From the NCBI GenBank assembly GCA_934085585.1, contig CAKOHI010000007.1, positions 5,214-69,213 of the forward strand: 64,000 nucleotides of DNA. The letters are read 5' to 3'. This stretch comes from an uncultured Bacilli bacterium (GTDB lineage Bacteria; Bacillota_I; Bacilli_A; RF39; UBA660). Positions 45,113 to 53,238 of the stretch are shown here, piece by piece. The notes beneath the pieces were generated by a model. That model worked only from the letters and a program-made list of their open reading frames with translations, had not been told where the DNA came from and searched no databases. Position 1 is the first letter of the stretch, and each line of letters begins with the position of its first letter. The translations under genes were made by a program, and so were the position numbers.

Positions 45113-45322
45113 TTATTTTTGTGGTTCTTCAACAATTTTTATTAATCCTGCTTCAACTTCTTCTAATGCACGGCCTAAACTCTTCTTATTTTGATATTCA
45201 CTTTCTTTCATTTGATAGTGATTATTTTCAAGCATTTGCTTACTTCTTATTGAAGCTACATGAACTAATTTGTACTTTGAATCTACTATATTAAGTAGCT
45301 TATCTATTGATGGATATAACAT
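45113..45322 (-). CDS. rpoZ: DNA-directed RNA polymerase subunit omega
   Basis: MLYPSIDKLL...SKYKLVHVASIRSKQM is the RpoZ N-terminal pattern. 69 aa. Confidence 0.85.
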   Translation of the reverse strand: MLYPSIDKLLNIVDSKYKLVHVASIRSKQMLENNHYQMKESEYQNKKSLGRALEEVEAGLIKIVEEPQK

Positions 45323-45417
45323 AATTCCACTCCCTTTTCATTACTTATGATACTCATTATATTTAATTAATTCAACAAAAATTTAAAAATTTGACATAAA
45401 TTTGACATTTTTTAATT

Positions 45418-45783
45418 TCATGTTAATACTTTTGCAATTATTTTATTGTCTTCATTTGTAACTTTTACTTTAACATCATTTAAATTTTTATCTTCATTTC
45501 TTGGATCTTTTACGACATTGTTATCACCACTTACAATGGCATTCGCTTTTGCTAGGTCATCTACGGTTAAATAAATAGTCTTGTCTTTTTCAAATAAATT
45601 TTCATTTAATTTAGCATACAACACTGCATTATTTTCAATTGTTTCAATTTTTTGCTTATACATTTCTTCTTCATAATTAAATCCAAAATCTTTAGAGACA
45701 ATCCATGTTGCTGCAAAATAACCTATACTAAAGACTGCTAATACAACTACTAATTCTATTACTGTATATCCATTTTTCTTCAT
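45418..45783 (-). CDS. prepilin-type N-terminal cleavage/methylation domain protein (minor pilin/pseudopilin-like)
   Basis: MKKNG/YTVIELVVVLAVFSIGYFAATW has Gly at -1 and Glu at +5. The body is small (about 95 aa). There is a 4-nt overlap with the upstream gene. Confidence 0.75.
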   Translation of the reverse strand: MKKNGYTVIELVVVLAVFSIGYFAATWIVSKDFGFNYEEEMYKQKIETIENNAVLYAKLNENLFEKDKTIYLTVDDLAKANAIVSGDNNVVKDPRNEDKNLNDVKVKVTNEDNKIIAKVLT

Positions 45784-46742
45784 TTATTAACCTCCATTTT
45801 AGTATATCCACGATATTCCCACAAAGGAAATTCATCTCTTATTTTTGCTATTTCTAATAACATCTTATTTTTTAATTTATCACCTTTAAATTCAAATAAA
45901 CTTGTTATTGTCTCTTCTAAATTTTTATAGGCAATTTCTTCTTCATTTAAAGAATTATATAAATATGGAATTACTATATTTTTATCTATAAAATCAATAT
46001 CTTTATTTTTAAATACATAATAATTTTTTAACATTTTAATTAATTTTTTATAAGCCTTTATACTATGATGATATGTGTTTTTCCCCATTTCTACATATTC
46101 TTTATTAGTAAACCCTTTATACTTATCATCTTTATAATAATTATTAATTCTTTTTTTGTTACTTAATTTTTTACTTTTAATCATCGTATTATTTATATCA
46201 TATTCTCTTTTATAGTAATATTCAAGTTTTGGATATATTAGTTCTTTATTTTCTATTCCACTTATTATAAAATCAACATACTTTTTACTCACTACGCCAT
46301 ATGCTATTATAATTCCATCCATTAAATTATAAATTCGATCCCACTTTTTTACATAATTGGCAATACTTTTACTTTTAAATACTTTTTTAAATGACATATT
46401 ACTTGCTACTTCTAAATTATCTTTTTGCCAAAAAATATGTTTTTCTATTAAATAATTTACTAAATTCTTATTCTCATTTAAACTTTTTGTATCATTATTT
46501 TTTAATATTTTCTTTAATGTTTCATAATCTTTTAAGTCTAATGATGAAATAATATATTCTAAATATAGATTAATGTTTGGTAAAAATTTTTCTATTAATA
46601 ATTCTTTCTTTAAATTTTTAGATTCTATTTTTTCAGAACCATATATATCACATAACTTATTGTAATCTTCTATTATCTTGATTAATTCTTCTTTTTTTAA
46701 TTTATTTAAATATTCTTTAAAATCAACACCGATTTCAATCAT
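45780..46742 (-). CDS. hypothetical cytoplasmic protein translationally coupled to a pilin-like gene
   Basis: Start set at the ATG at 46742 (GGAGTGataacATG). Lys/Tyr/Asn-rich, no TM segment, no motif recognised. Confidence 0.5.
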   Translation of the reverse strand: MIEIGVDFKEYLNKLKKEELIKIIEDYNKLCDIYGSEKIESKNLKKELLIEKFLPNINLYLEYIISSLDLKDYETLKKILKNNDTKSLNENKNLVNYLIEKHIFWQKDNLEVASNMSFKKVFKSKSIANYVKKWDRIYNLMDGIIIAYGVVSKKYVDFIISGIENKELIYPKLEYYYKREYDINNTMIKSKKLSNKKRINNYYKDDKYKGFTNKEYVEMGKNTYHHSIKAYKKLIKMLKNYYVFKNKDIDFIDKNIVIPYLYNSLNEEEIAYKNLEETITSLFEFKGDKLKNKMLLEIAKIRDEFPLWEYRGYTKMEVNK

Positions 46743-46831
46743 GTTATCACTCCATAAACATTTTATCAAATTTCTGATAATTTTTCTATGGTAATTATGT
46801 GAAAAGTTGAAATTTATTATATTTTGTATTT

Positions 46832-47293
46832 TTAGATATCAAAGTAATAAACATTTTCAGGTAAGTTTAATTGTTTATATATTTTATTTTTAATATATTT
46901 TCCACCAATATGTTTATAAAATTCGTTAGATGGATTTTCTTTTAAACATGATACAAGCATTTTATCAAAACCCATTTCTTTTAAATTTTTAATGGATTCT
47001 TCTACAAGTTTTTTGCCAAAACCATAATGGTGATATTTTTTTATAATGTATAGAGCAAATATTTCCCCACAATTATCAAATTCTAAATCTTCAGTTTTTC
47101 CATAGTTTGTGAATCCTACGACTTGATTATTTATTTCTAAAACAAGGGTACTATAATCTTTTGTAGCGAATTTTTCTTTGGCATCTTCACCTCTTTTTAA
47201 TTCATTTGTTTTTACTTCTTCTAAAAAACAATCAGACATAATACCTTTATAAGTTTCATTCCATGCTATTGTTATTACATGAGAGACTCCCAT
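46832..47293 (-). CDS. GNAT-family N-acetyltransferase
   Basis: Acetyl-CoA motif A region: YIIKKYHHYGFGKKLVEESI (R/Q-x-x-G-x-G/A-like). Confidence 0.7.
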   Translation of the reverse strand: MGVSHVITIAWNETYKGIMSDCFLEEVKTNELKRGEDAKEKFATKDYSTLVLEINNQVVGFTNYGKTEDLEFDNCGEIFALYIIKKYHHYGFGKKLVEESIKNLKEMGFDKMLVSCLKENPSNEFYKHIGGKYIKNKIYKQLNLPENVYYFDI

Positions 47294-47314
47294 ACAATCT
47301 TCTTTTTTTCTTTT

Positions 47315-47980
47315 CTAATTGTGTATTTCATTAAAATATACCTCCTTAATCCATAATATATCTTCGATTGATTTATCTATATTAAATCTACCATTTCCAA
47401 TCGGATAATAAACTGGAAAACAAGAATACTTTTTATTATTTATTTCTTTGATGTATTTTTTCTTACGGCTTGTACTTACAGAAATTTTTTCGTCTAAAAA
47501 TATAGAACTAACTTGATTACCAAAAAGTATTATTATTTTAGGATTAACTAACTCAATTTCTTTTTCTATTAAAGATAAATACTCTTTAAATACTTTGTCT
47601 GATAATGGTCTTGCATCCGCTTGAGTACATTTGCCTAGATTGGTTATAAAGATTTTATTTTTTTCAATAGTTTTATAAACTTTCTTGGCAAATTCAGGGG
47701 TCCATTCACTCCCTTTTTTGCTTTTTATTTCACGATATAACTCTTCGTCAATAATTCTTATTGCCATGAATAAATCCCAGATATTTTTAGTCCCTATCCA
47801 AGGGCTTCTTGGGCCTTTCCATGATTTATCAGCCGCAATATTTCTAGCTGTTGGATTCATAAACATAAAACAAATATCAGGATTTTTTTCACATCCCCCG
47901 AAATAAATTGGTTCAAGATTTGGATCTCCATAGACATTTTGCATCTTTTTATATTCTTTTTTTATATTATCTAAATTCAT
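47315..47980 (-). CDS. uracil-DNA glycosylase superfamily protein (family 4/5-like)
   Basis: ICFMFMNPTA... (motif A-like), FITNLGKCT, ILFGNQVS and a C-terminal YYPIGNGRF. Start set at the ATG at 47980 behind AAAGGTGAAG. Confidence 0.55.
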   Translation of the reverse strand: MNLDNIKKEYKKMQNVYGDPNLEPIYFGGCEKNPDICFMFMNPTARNIAADKSWKGPRSPWIGTKNIWDLFMAIRIIDEELYREIKSKKGSEWTPEFAKKVYKTIEKNKIFITNLGKCTQADARPLSDKVFKEYLSLIEKEIELVNPKIIILFGNQVSSIFLDEKISVSTSRKKKYIKEINNKKYSCFPVYYPIGNGRFNIDKSIEDILWIKEVYFNEIHN

Positions 47981-48023
47981 CTTCTTCACCTTTAAAGAAA
48001 AAACAACACTTTTAATGTTGCTT

Positions 48024-48476
48024 TTAATTTGACACAATTTTTTCTTTTACTAGCTTGCTAACTAGAGACATATCAGCATTTTTACCTACAAGTAATTCAT
48101 TTACTTTTTTCATGACAAGTCCCATATCTTTCATACTTGATGGTTTTACTTCATTAATAGCTTCATCTACTATATTAGTAATTTCTTCTTCACTCATTTC
48201 TTCAGGTAAATAAGCATCTAAAATTGCTATTTCTTTTTCAAGCGATTCTACTAATTCAGTTTTGTCATATTTTTTGTATTCTTCTAATGAATCTTTACGT
48301 AGCTTTACTTGTTTTTTTAAAACTGCTGCTATTTCATTATCATCTAATTCATGTTTTTTAGCAATTTGTTCAAGTTGCAAAGCACTTTTAAGCATTCTTA
48401 ATACTGATAGTTTAAAAGTATCTTTTTCTTTCATTGCATTTTTTAAATCTTCATTAATTTTTTCGTACATAATCAA
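48024..48476 (-). CDS. yqeY: GatB/YqeY domain protein
   Basis: INEDLKNAMKEKDTFKLSVLRMLKSAL... is the YqeY pattern. Directly downstream of rpsU, as in B. subtilis. Confidence 0.85.
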   Translation of the reverse strand: MIMYEKINEDLKNAMKEKDTFKLSVLRMLKSALQLEQIAKKHELDDNEIAAVLKKQVKLRKDSLEEYKKYDKTELVESLEKEIAILDAYLPEEMSEEEITNIVDEAINEVKPSSMKDMGLVMKKVNELLVGKNADMSLVSKLVKEKIVSN

Positions 48477-48673
48477 TCTCTATTCTTTCTGTTTTTCTTA
48501 TGTGAATTTTTAATTCCTTCTTTAATTTCGTTTCTTCTTTTTACGCCTGGTTTTTCATAGTGTTTTCTTTTTTTGATTTCAGAAGGGACTCCACTTCTTG
48601 CAACTTTTGCTTTAAACTTCTTTAATGCTAAATCAACATTCCCGTTTTGCACAACTACTTTTGTCAAATTCAT
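48473..48673 (-). CDS. rpsU: 30S ribosomal protein S21
   Basis: ...VVVQNGNVDLALKKFKAKVARSGVPSEIKKRKHYEKPGVKRR... is the canonical S21 pattern. Confidence 0.9.
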   Translation of the reverse strand: MNLTKVVVQNGNVDLALKKFKAKVARSGVPSEIKKRKHYEKPGVKRRNEIKEGIKNSHKKNRKNRD

Positions 48674-48783
48674 TCCCTCCCTTCTCGTTTTTCAATACAT
48701 ATTATAACATTAGATAAAGGCATTATCAACATTTTTTGCGAATAAAATGATGTTTTTAGTAATAATTTTGCTTACGCTGTACC

Positions 48784-48805
48784 TAAAAAGGGGTATCCCT
48801 TTTTA
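48784..48805 (-). terminator. intrinsic terminator of the bacteriocin operon
   Basis: Minus strand: AAAGGG-atac-CCCTTT followed by TTTAGG, 4 nt after the peptide gene stop. Confidence 0.5.
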
Positions 48806-48808
48806 AAT

Positions 48809-48961
48809 TTAACACATTTTTTTTGAAAAAGCACGTCTAATTGCAGAACCAATTTCATAACCAATATCATAAATTGTTTGAAATACTCTAGCTATAGCAT
48901 TATATAGTGCTGCAGATGTGCCACCTACAATTTTATTTAATTCATTTTTATCTAAATTCAT
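48809..48961 (-). CDS. double-glycine-leader bacteriocin prepeptide B (50 aa)
   Basis: Translated by hand: MNLDKNELNKIVGG/TSAALYNAIARVFQTIYDIGYEIGSAIRRAFSKKMC. SD GGAGGAaaaATG. The leader has the L-x2-x-EL-x2-I-x-GG consensus. The mature part is amphipathic with a GxxxG motif (GYEIG). Confidence 0.8.
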   Translation of the reverse strand: MNLDKNELNKIVGGTSAALYNAIARVFQTIYDIGYEIGSAIRRAFSKKMC

Positions 48962-48970
48962 TTTTCCTCC

Positions 48971-49108
48971 TTATCCATTACATTTTTTTGGATTTACAAA
49001 TCCTGCGACTACTCCGGCCAGGAAGGTGGCTATACCACTAAAAATATACCAAAGATTTTTTCCTCCTCCCGTGATATCATTTAATTTTTTATCTGTTAAA
49101 ACTTCCAT
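48971..49108 (-). CDS. double-glycine-leader bacteriocin prepeptide A (45 aa)
   Basis: Translated by hand: MEVLTDKKLNDITGG/GKNLWYIFSGIATFLAGVVAGFVNPKKCNG. SD AGGAGGtgtatATG. The mature part is hydrophobic with GxxxG-type motifs (GIATFLAG, AGVVAG). Confidence 0.8.
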   Translation of the reverse strand: MEVLTDKKLNDITGGGKNLWYIFSGIATFLAGVVAGFVNPKKCNG

Positions 49109-49117
49109 ATACACCTC

Positions 49118-49519
49118 CTAAAATAAAAGTTTTTTTACCTTTTTAATAACTTTTTCTTTATTATATAAAATTATTATTTTAAATACTTGGTTTTCTCTTA
49201 GGGTACTATTTATTTTTAAAGATATTTCTTGATAATTAGTTAAAGTATCTTTATCTACTGAAAATGTCCCAACTTTATCTAATGTTGTTTTGTATTTTTT
49301 GCTCCCTATAACTACATATTTCATGGTGTTAATTGTATCAGGGGTATTAACATCTAATCTAGTAATTAGTAATCCATTTTCAATATAGCCATAGGTTTCT
49401 TTTGTATCATAAAGCTCTAAATTTAAAACATATATAACAGTACTTATAATAAATAAAATTATAAATATTAATCCCAATTTAACTTTATACTTTATATTTA
49501 ATAAATCTAAATATGACAT
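49118..49519 (-). CDS. 133-aa single-pass membrane protein (candidate miniature export accessory or immunity protein)
   Basis: N-terminal TM helix (LGLIFIILFIISTVIYVL) + an about 95-aa beta-rich domain. Overlaps the ABC gene stop by 13 nt and ends 10 nt before prepeptide A. Confidence 0.5.
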   Translation of the reverse strand: MSYLDLLNIKYKVKLGLIFIILFIISTVIYVLNLELYDTKETYGYIENGLLITRLDVNTPDTINTMKYVVIGSKKYKTTLDKVGTFSVDKDTLTNYQEISLKINSTLRENQVFKIIILYNKEKVIKKVKKLLF

Positions 49520-51552
49520 AATTTATCTCCGAAGGTTATGATATTATCAAATATTTTAGGATACATCTTATGGGATATATAAATAATTGTTTTATCTTTA
49601 TATAATCGTCTTATATTTTTTATTATATTTAATTCAAGCTTTCGATCTACTTCACTTAAAGCCTCATCAAGGATTAGGATATTAAACTTATTTAAAAGTG
49701 CTCGAGCCAAAATAATTCTTTGTTTTTCTCCACCAGACAAATTATTTTCATCAGGACTTATATAAGTTTCATACCTTAAAGGTCTTTTTTTTACAATTTC
49801 ATCTATCTTACATAAATAGCATATATATTGAAATTCTGTTTCTGATATATTCTTTTTTAGAGTAATATTTTCTCTGATGGTTCCCGAAAAAATATTTTCT
49901 TCTTGATTTATATATACTATATTATTTCTAATAGTTTCAATATTAATATCTTTTAAATCAATTGCTCCGAGTAAAATATTACCTTCATAGTCATCAATAT
50001 ATTTATTTAAAATATTACATATCGTAGATTTACCACATCCAGATGGACCTTTAAAAAGAATAAAATCTCCTTCATTAATGGTTAAACTAAAATCTTTAAT
50101 AATGTTTTCTAACTTATTATAAGAATAAGTTAAATGTTTGATCTTTAAATCATATCCAAATAACTCTTCTTTTTGACCTAGAGATTCTGCTTCTAAACTT
50201 AAAAAATCATTTATTTTAGATATGTTTGCTTTCATATAATTATATTTAGGAAAATTATCCACTATATTCTTTAAGGGATTTATAAATAATCCTAAAATTG
50301 TATTAAATGTAAATAGATTTATTAGTTCTAATTTGCCCTTATAAAGAAGATATAATCCATAAGTATTTATTATAAAAAATCCTATTTCATATATAATATT
50401 TTTTAATGTTTTTTCTTTATTTAAAAAGATTCCAAATAAATAAGTATCATATAAATAGTTAGTTAGGTTATATTCTATCTTTTTTAATGCTGTGGTAACT
50501 ATATTTAAATTTTTTATACTACTAATCATTTTTACATCTTCAATTAAGTTATTATTAAATGTTGCTTCATAGGTAATATTCTGATAAGCTTTTTCATATA
50601 TTTTTTTACTAAATAAAAGCCCTACTAAAAAATATAATATAATCATTAGAAAAAGTATTAAAAATAAATTTTTACTTATTTTTATAAGTAAAGGTATAGT
50701 TATTAAAACTAGAACTAAATCTAAAATAGATGTAAATATTTCTGTTAAAATATCTTTTATATTGCTTAAATCATTTACTCTAGATACTATTTCTCCAACA
50801 TTTCTAGTTTTAAAAATATTTAAAGGGAGATTATATAGATGAATTAAAAAGTCACTGTTCACTAAACAATCAATATTTTTATTTAAATGATTTTCTAAAT
50901 ATGACTTATAATATGTTAATATTATTTTTAGAAATGTAAATATTAAAAATAGTAATGCTATTATTTTCAAAGTCTTATAAGAATAACCTTTTGATATTGA
51001 AGAAAATAATATTTGAAAATAATATCCTAGCAATAGACTTAAAAGTATGAGTATAAAACTTACAAAAGTTATAATTTTTAATAATGAGTTCTCATTTTTT
51101 ATGATTCTTGCAAATATTTTAAATAGTGTTACCTCATTTTTTAAAACTATAATCTTTCGTTTTGGATAAAACAATAATACTACATTACTCCATTCACTCA
51201 TGAATTCTTCAACCTTTTTTACCACCTTTCCTTTCGCTGGATCCATTAATGTTATTTTGTCTTTAGCGATTTTTTCAATTACAACATAATGACTATATCC
51301 TTTTTTTAGATTCATGTGTGCTATTGCTGGAAATTGCTTAATATCATAAACACTATAAAGTTTTACCCCTTGGGAATCAAAGCCGTATTTTTCTGCCGCT
51401 AAAACTAAATTTAGAGCAGTAGTTCCTTCATTAGATGTATTAGCATCTAATCTTATTTTTTCTAAAGAAATACTACCTTTATAATGCTTAATTATAGATA
51501 ATAAACAACAGGCTCCACAATCTTTTTCATCTCTTTGTCTAATAATTTTCAT
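49507..51552 (-). CDS. bacteriocin-processing ABC transporter with an N-terminal C39 peptidase domain
   Basis: The C39 catalytic region is QRDEKDCGACCLLSIIKHYKG, with a later HYVVI (His). There are 6 TM helices. The NBD has GPSGCGKST, LSGGEKQRI and ILILDEALSEVD. Confidence 0.9.
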   Translation of the reverse strand: MKIIRQRDEKDCGACCLLSIIKHYKGSISLEKIRLDANTSNEGTTALNLVLAAEKYGFDSQGVKLYSVYDIKQFPAIAHMNLKKGYSHYVVIEKIAKDKITLMDPAKGKVVKKVEEFMSEWSNVVLLFYPKRKIIVLKNEVTLFKIFARIIKNENSLLKIITFVSFILILLSLLLGYYFQILFSSISKGYSYKTLKIIALLFLIFTFLKIILTYYKSYLENHLNKNIDCLVNSDFLIHLYNLPLNIFKTRNVGEIVSRVNDLSNIKDILTEIFTSILDLVLVLITIPLLIKISKNLFLILFLMIILYFLVGLLFSKKIYEKAYQNITYEATFNNNLIEDVKMISSIKNLNIVTTALKKIEYNLTNYLYDTYLFGIFLNKEKTLKNIIYEIGFFIINTYGLYLLYKGKLELINLFTFNTILGLFINPLKNIVDNFPKYNYMKANISKINDFLSLEAESLGQKEELFGYDLKIKHLTYSYNKLENIIKDFSLTINEGDFILFKGPSGCGKSTICNILNKYIDDYEGNILLGAIDLKDINIETIRNNIVYINQEENIFSGTIRENITLKKNISETEFQYICYLCKIDEIVKKRPLRYETYISPDENNLSGGEKQRIILARALLNKFNILILDEALSEVDRKLELNIIKNIRRLYKDKTIIYISHKMYPKIFDNIITFGDKLCHI

Positions 51553-51567
51553 TCTATTTCTCCCTTC

Positions 51568-51595
51568 ATAATATATATTTCCTAATTGAGGTCAA
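51568..51595 (-). promoter_or_regulatory. putative sigma-A-type promoter of the bacteriocin operon
   Basis: Minus strand: TTGACC (51595-51590), 16 nt, TATTAT (51573-51568). It lies downstream of the upstream gene's terminator. Confidence 0.45.
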
Positions 51596-51640
51596 TTTTT
51601 GCGTTTTTTATATAACTTTTTTTACAAATTTTTTTGGCAA

Positions 51641-51665
51641 TAAAAAAATCCCGAAAATACGGGAA
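51641..51665 (-). terminator. intrinsic terminator after ORF 51670-52068
   Basis: Minus strand: TCCCG-tatttt-CGGGA followed by TTTTTTTATTG. Confidence 0.65.
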
Positions 51666-51669
51666 ATTA

Positions 51670-52068
51670 TCACTTAACTTTTTTCTTATGAAATAAAAGC
51701 CAGTATGTGAATAGAATGACAAGCACTACGACAGAAATAATGACAACAGGAACATATTCTGGCATTTTTTCTACGGCCTCTTCCCTCGGAGTAATTTCTA
51801 CTTCATGAAAAACATTTTTGGTTTCGTTTTTGTAAACTTCTAGCGTATACATATTTTTTTCATTTTCATGAGTCACTTCAATAAACACATAATTTAATCC
51901 TCCGATTAGATTTTCATTATTTAATATTTTTATTGTATCTTTTTCATCAATTTTATATTTAATATCTAAAAAATTTACATCAGATTCTATTTCTATGGTA
52001 TAAGTATTTACATATTTATCAAATTTTAAAGACATATTACCATTTAATACTTCTAAATCTAAAAGCAC
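51670..52068 (-). CDS. tail-anchored protein with a cadherin-like beta-sandwich-type N-domain
   Basis: LEVLNGNMSLKFDKYVNTYTIEIESDVNFLDIKYKIDEKDTIKI...GLNYVFIEVTHENEKNMYTLEVY fits the L.v..G.L.P.F......Y.v.v pattern of the cadherin-like beta-sandwich domain. C-terminal TM helix + KKKVK. No signal peptide. Confidence 0.45.
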   Translation of the reverse strand: MLLDLEVLNGNMSLKFDKYVNTYTIEIESDVNFLDIKYKIDEKDTIKILNNENLIGGLNYVFIEVTHENEKNMYTLEVYKNETKNVFHEVEITPREEAVEKMPEYVPVVIISVVVLVILFTYWLLFHKKKVK

Positions 52069-52103
52069 ATTACTTCACCCTTTTATAGTGTATCCAAAAA
52101 TAT

Positions 52104-53183
52104 TTAAATTATTTTTAAAAGTATTTCATTTGAAACATAAATATATATTGGATTTATAAATATATACCCTTTTTTCTTAATTAATTCCTTATTTTTTAAA
52201 AGAGGTTTTAGTTTATAAGCTTCTTCGATATCTATTTTAAACTTATCTTTAAAATGTTTGATATTAATTCCATCTAACTTTCTTAATCCGAGCATTATCT
52301 CATAATCCATTTTTTCTTTATCACCAACAATTTCTTTATCTTTTACCCAGTTACCTAATAAATAATCTTTTAAATTTTTGGTATTCGTATACCTAATATT
52401 ATCTATATATCCACTAGCACCAAGACCAAAACCATAGTATTCTTCATTATTCCAATATACTAAATTATGAATGCTTTCAAATCCTGGTATGGCAAAATTA
52501 CTTATTTCATAATGATGTGAACAACTTAAACGTTCCTTGATATATTTATACATTTCATAGTCAAGTTCTTCTTCTATTTCACTTACACCATTTACATAGG
52601 CTTTAGTGTGATTTTCTAATATTAAACTATATGTACTTATATGAGTTGGTTTAAGTTTTAAAAATAAATCAAGATCCTTTTTTAACGTTTTTAAAGTTTC
52701 CCCAGGTATGGCATACATTAAATCTAAATTAATATTATTAAAACCTAATGTTCTACATAATTCTATTTTTTTCTTGGCATCTAAAAATTCTACAGATCTT
52801 TCCATAAACTTCAATTTTTCTTTATCAAATGATTCTATTCCGATACTTAATCTATTTACACCATAACTTTTTAATAAAAGTAATAATTCTTCATTTATAT
52901 CTTCAATATTACATTCAAAGGTAAATTCAATTAAATTATTTTTGTTAACTTTATCTAACATTTTTAGTAAACTTTTTATTTCATTTAAACTTAAAGCACT
53001 CGGAGTTCCTCCGCCGATATAAATAGTTTTTATTTCTTCCCCCATGTACCTATCATTAATTTCATTTTTTAAAGCTTTTAAGTACGCATAAGCCCACTTT
53101 TCATTATATAGAAATTTACAAAAGTCACAATAAGAACAAATACTTTTACAAAATGGAATATGTATATAAATTGAACTAGCCAT
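52104..53183 (-). CDS. hemW: radical SAM heme chaperone HemW (HemN-like, oxygen-independent coproporphyrinogen oxidase family)
   Basis: SIYIHIPFCKSICSYCDF (CxxxCxxC), GGGTPS, HemN C-terminal domain. Downstream of lepA, as is usual. Confidence 0.85.
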   Translation of the reverse strand: MASSIYIHIPFCKSICSYCDFCKFLYNEKWAYAYLKALKNEINDRYMGEEIKTIYIGGGTPSALSLNEIKSLLKMLDKVNKNNLIEFTFECNIEDINEELLLLLKSYGVNRLSIGIESFDKEKLKFMERSVEFLDAKKKIELCRTLGFNNINLDLMYAIPGETLKTLKKDLDLFLKLKPTHISTYSLILENHTKAYVNGVSEIEEELDYEMYKYIKERLSCSHHYEISNFAIPGFESIHNLVYWNNEEYYGFGLGASGYIDNIRYTNTKNLKDYLLGNWVKDKEIVGDKEKMDYEIMLGLRKLDGINIKHFKDKFKIDIEEAYKLKPLLKNKELIKKKGYIFINPIYIYVSNEILLKII

Positions 53184-53238
53184 TATCTTGTATTCTCCGA
53201 ACTATTTATTTTGAAATTTAATACCTTTTTAGTATTCA

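Noticed and set aside
45375-45412. Direct repeat AAATTTGACAT x2 upstream of rpoZ, considered as tandem -35 boxes or an operator
   Set aside because: The TTGACA boxes are on the plus strand, facing away from rpoZ, and have no suitably spaced -10. There is no plus-strand gene to drive. I could not support a function.
48918-49121. Plus-strand 67-aa ORF
   Set aside because: It is antisense to the two bacteriocin prepeptide genes, which have strong SDs, double-glycine leaders and the right operon context.
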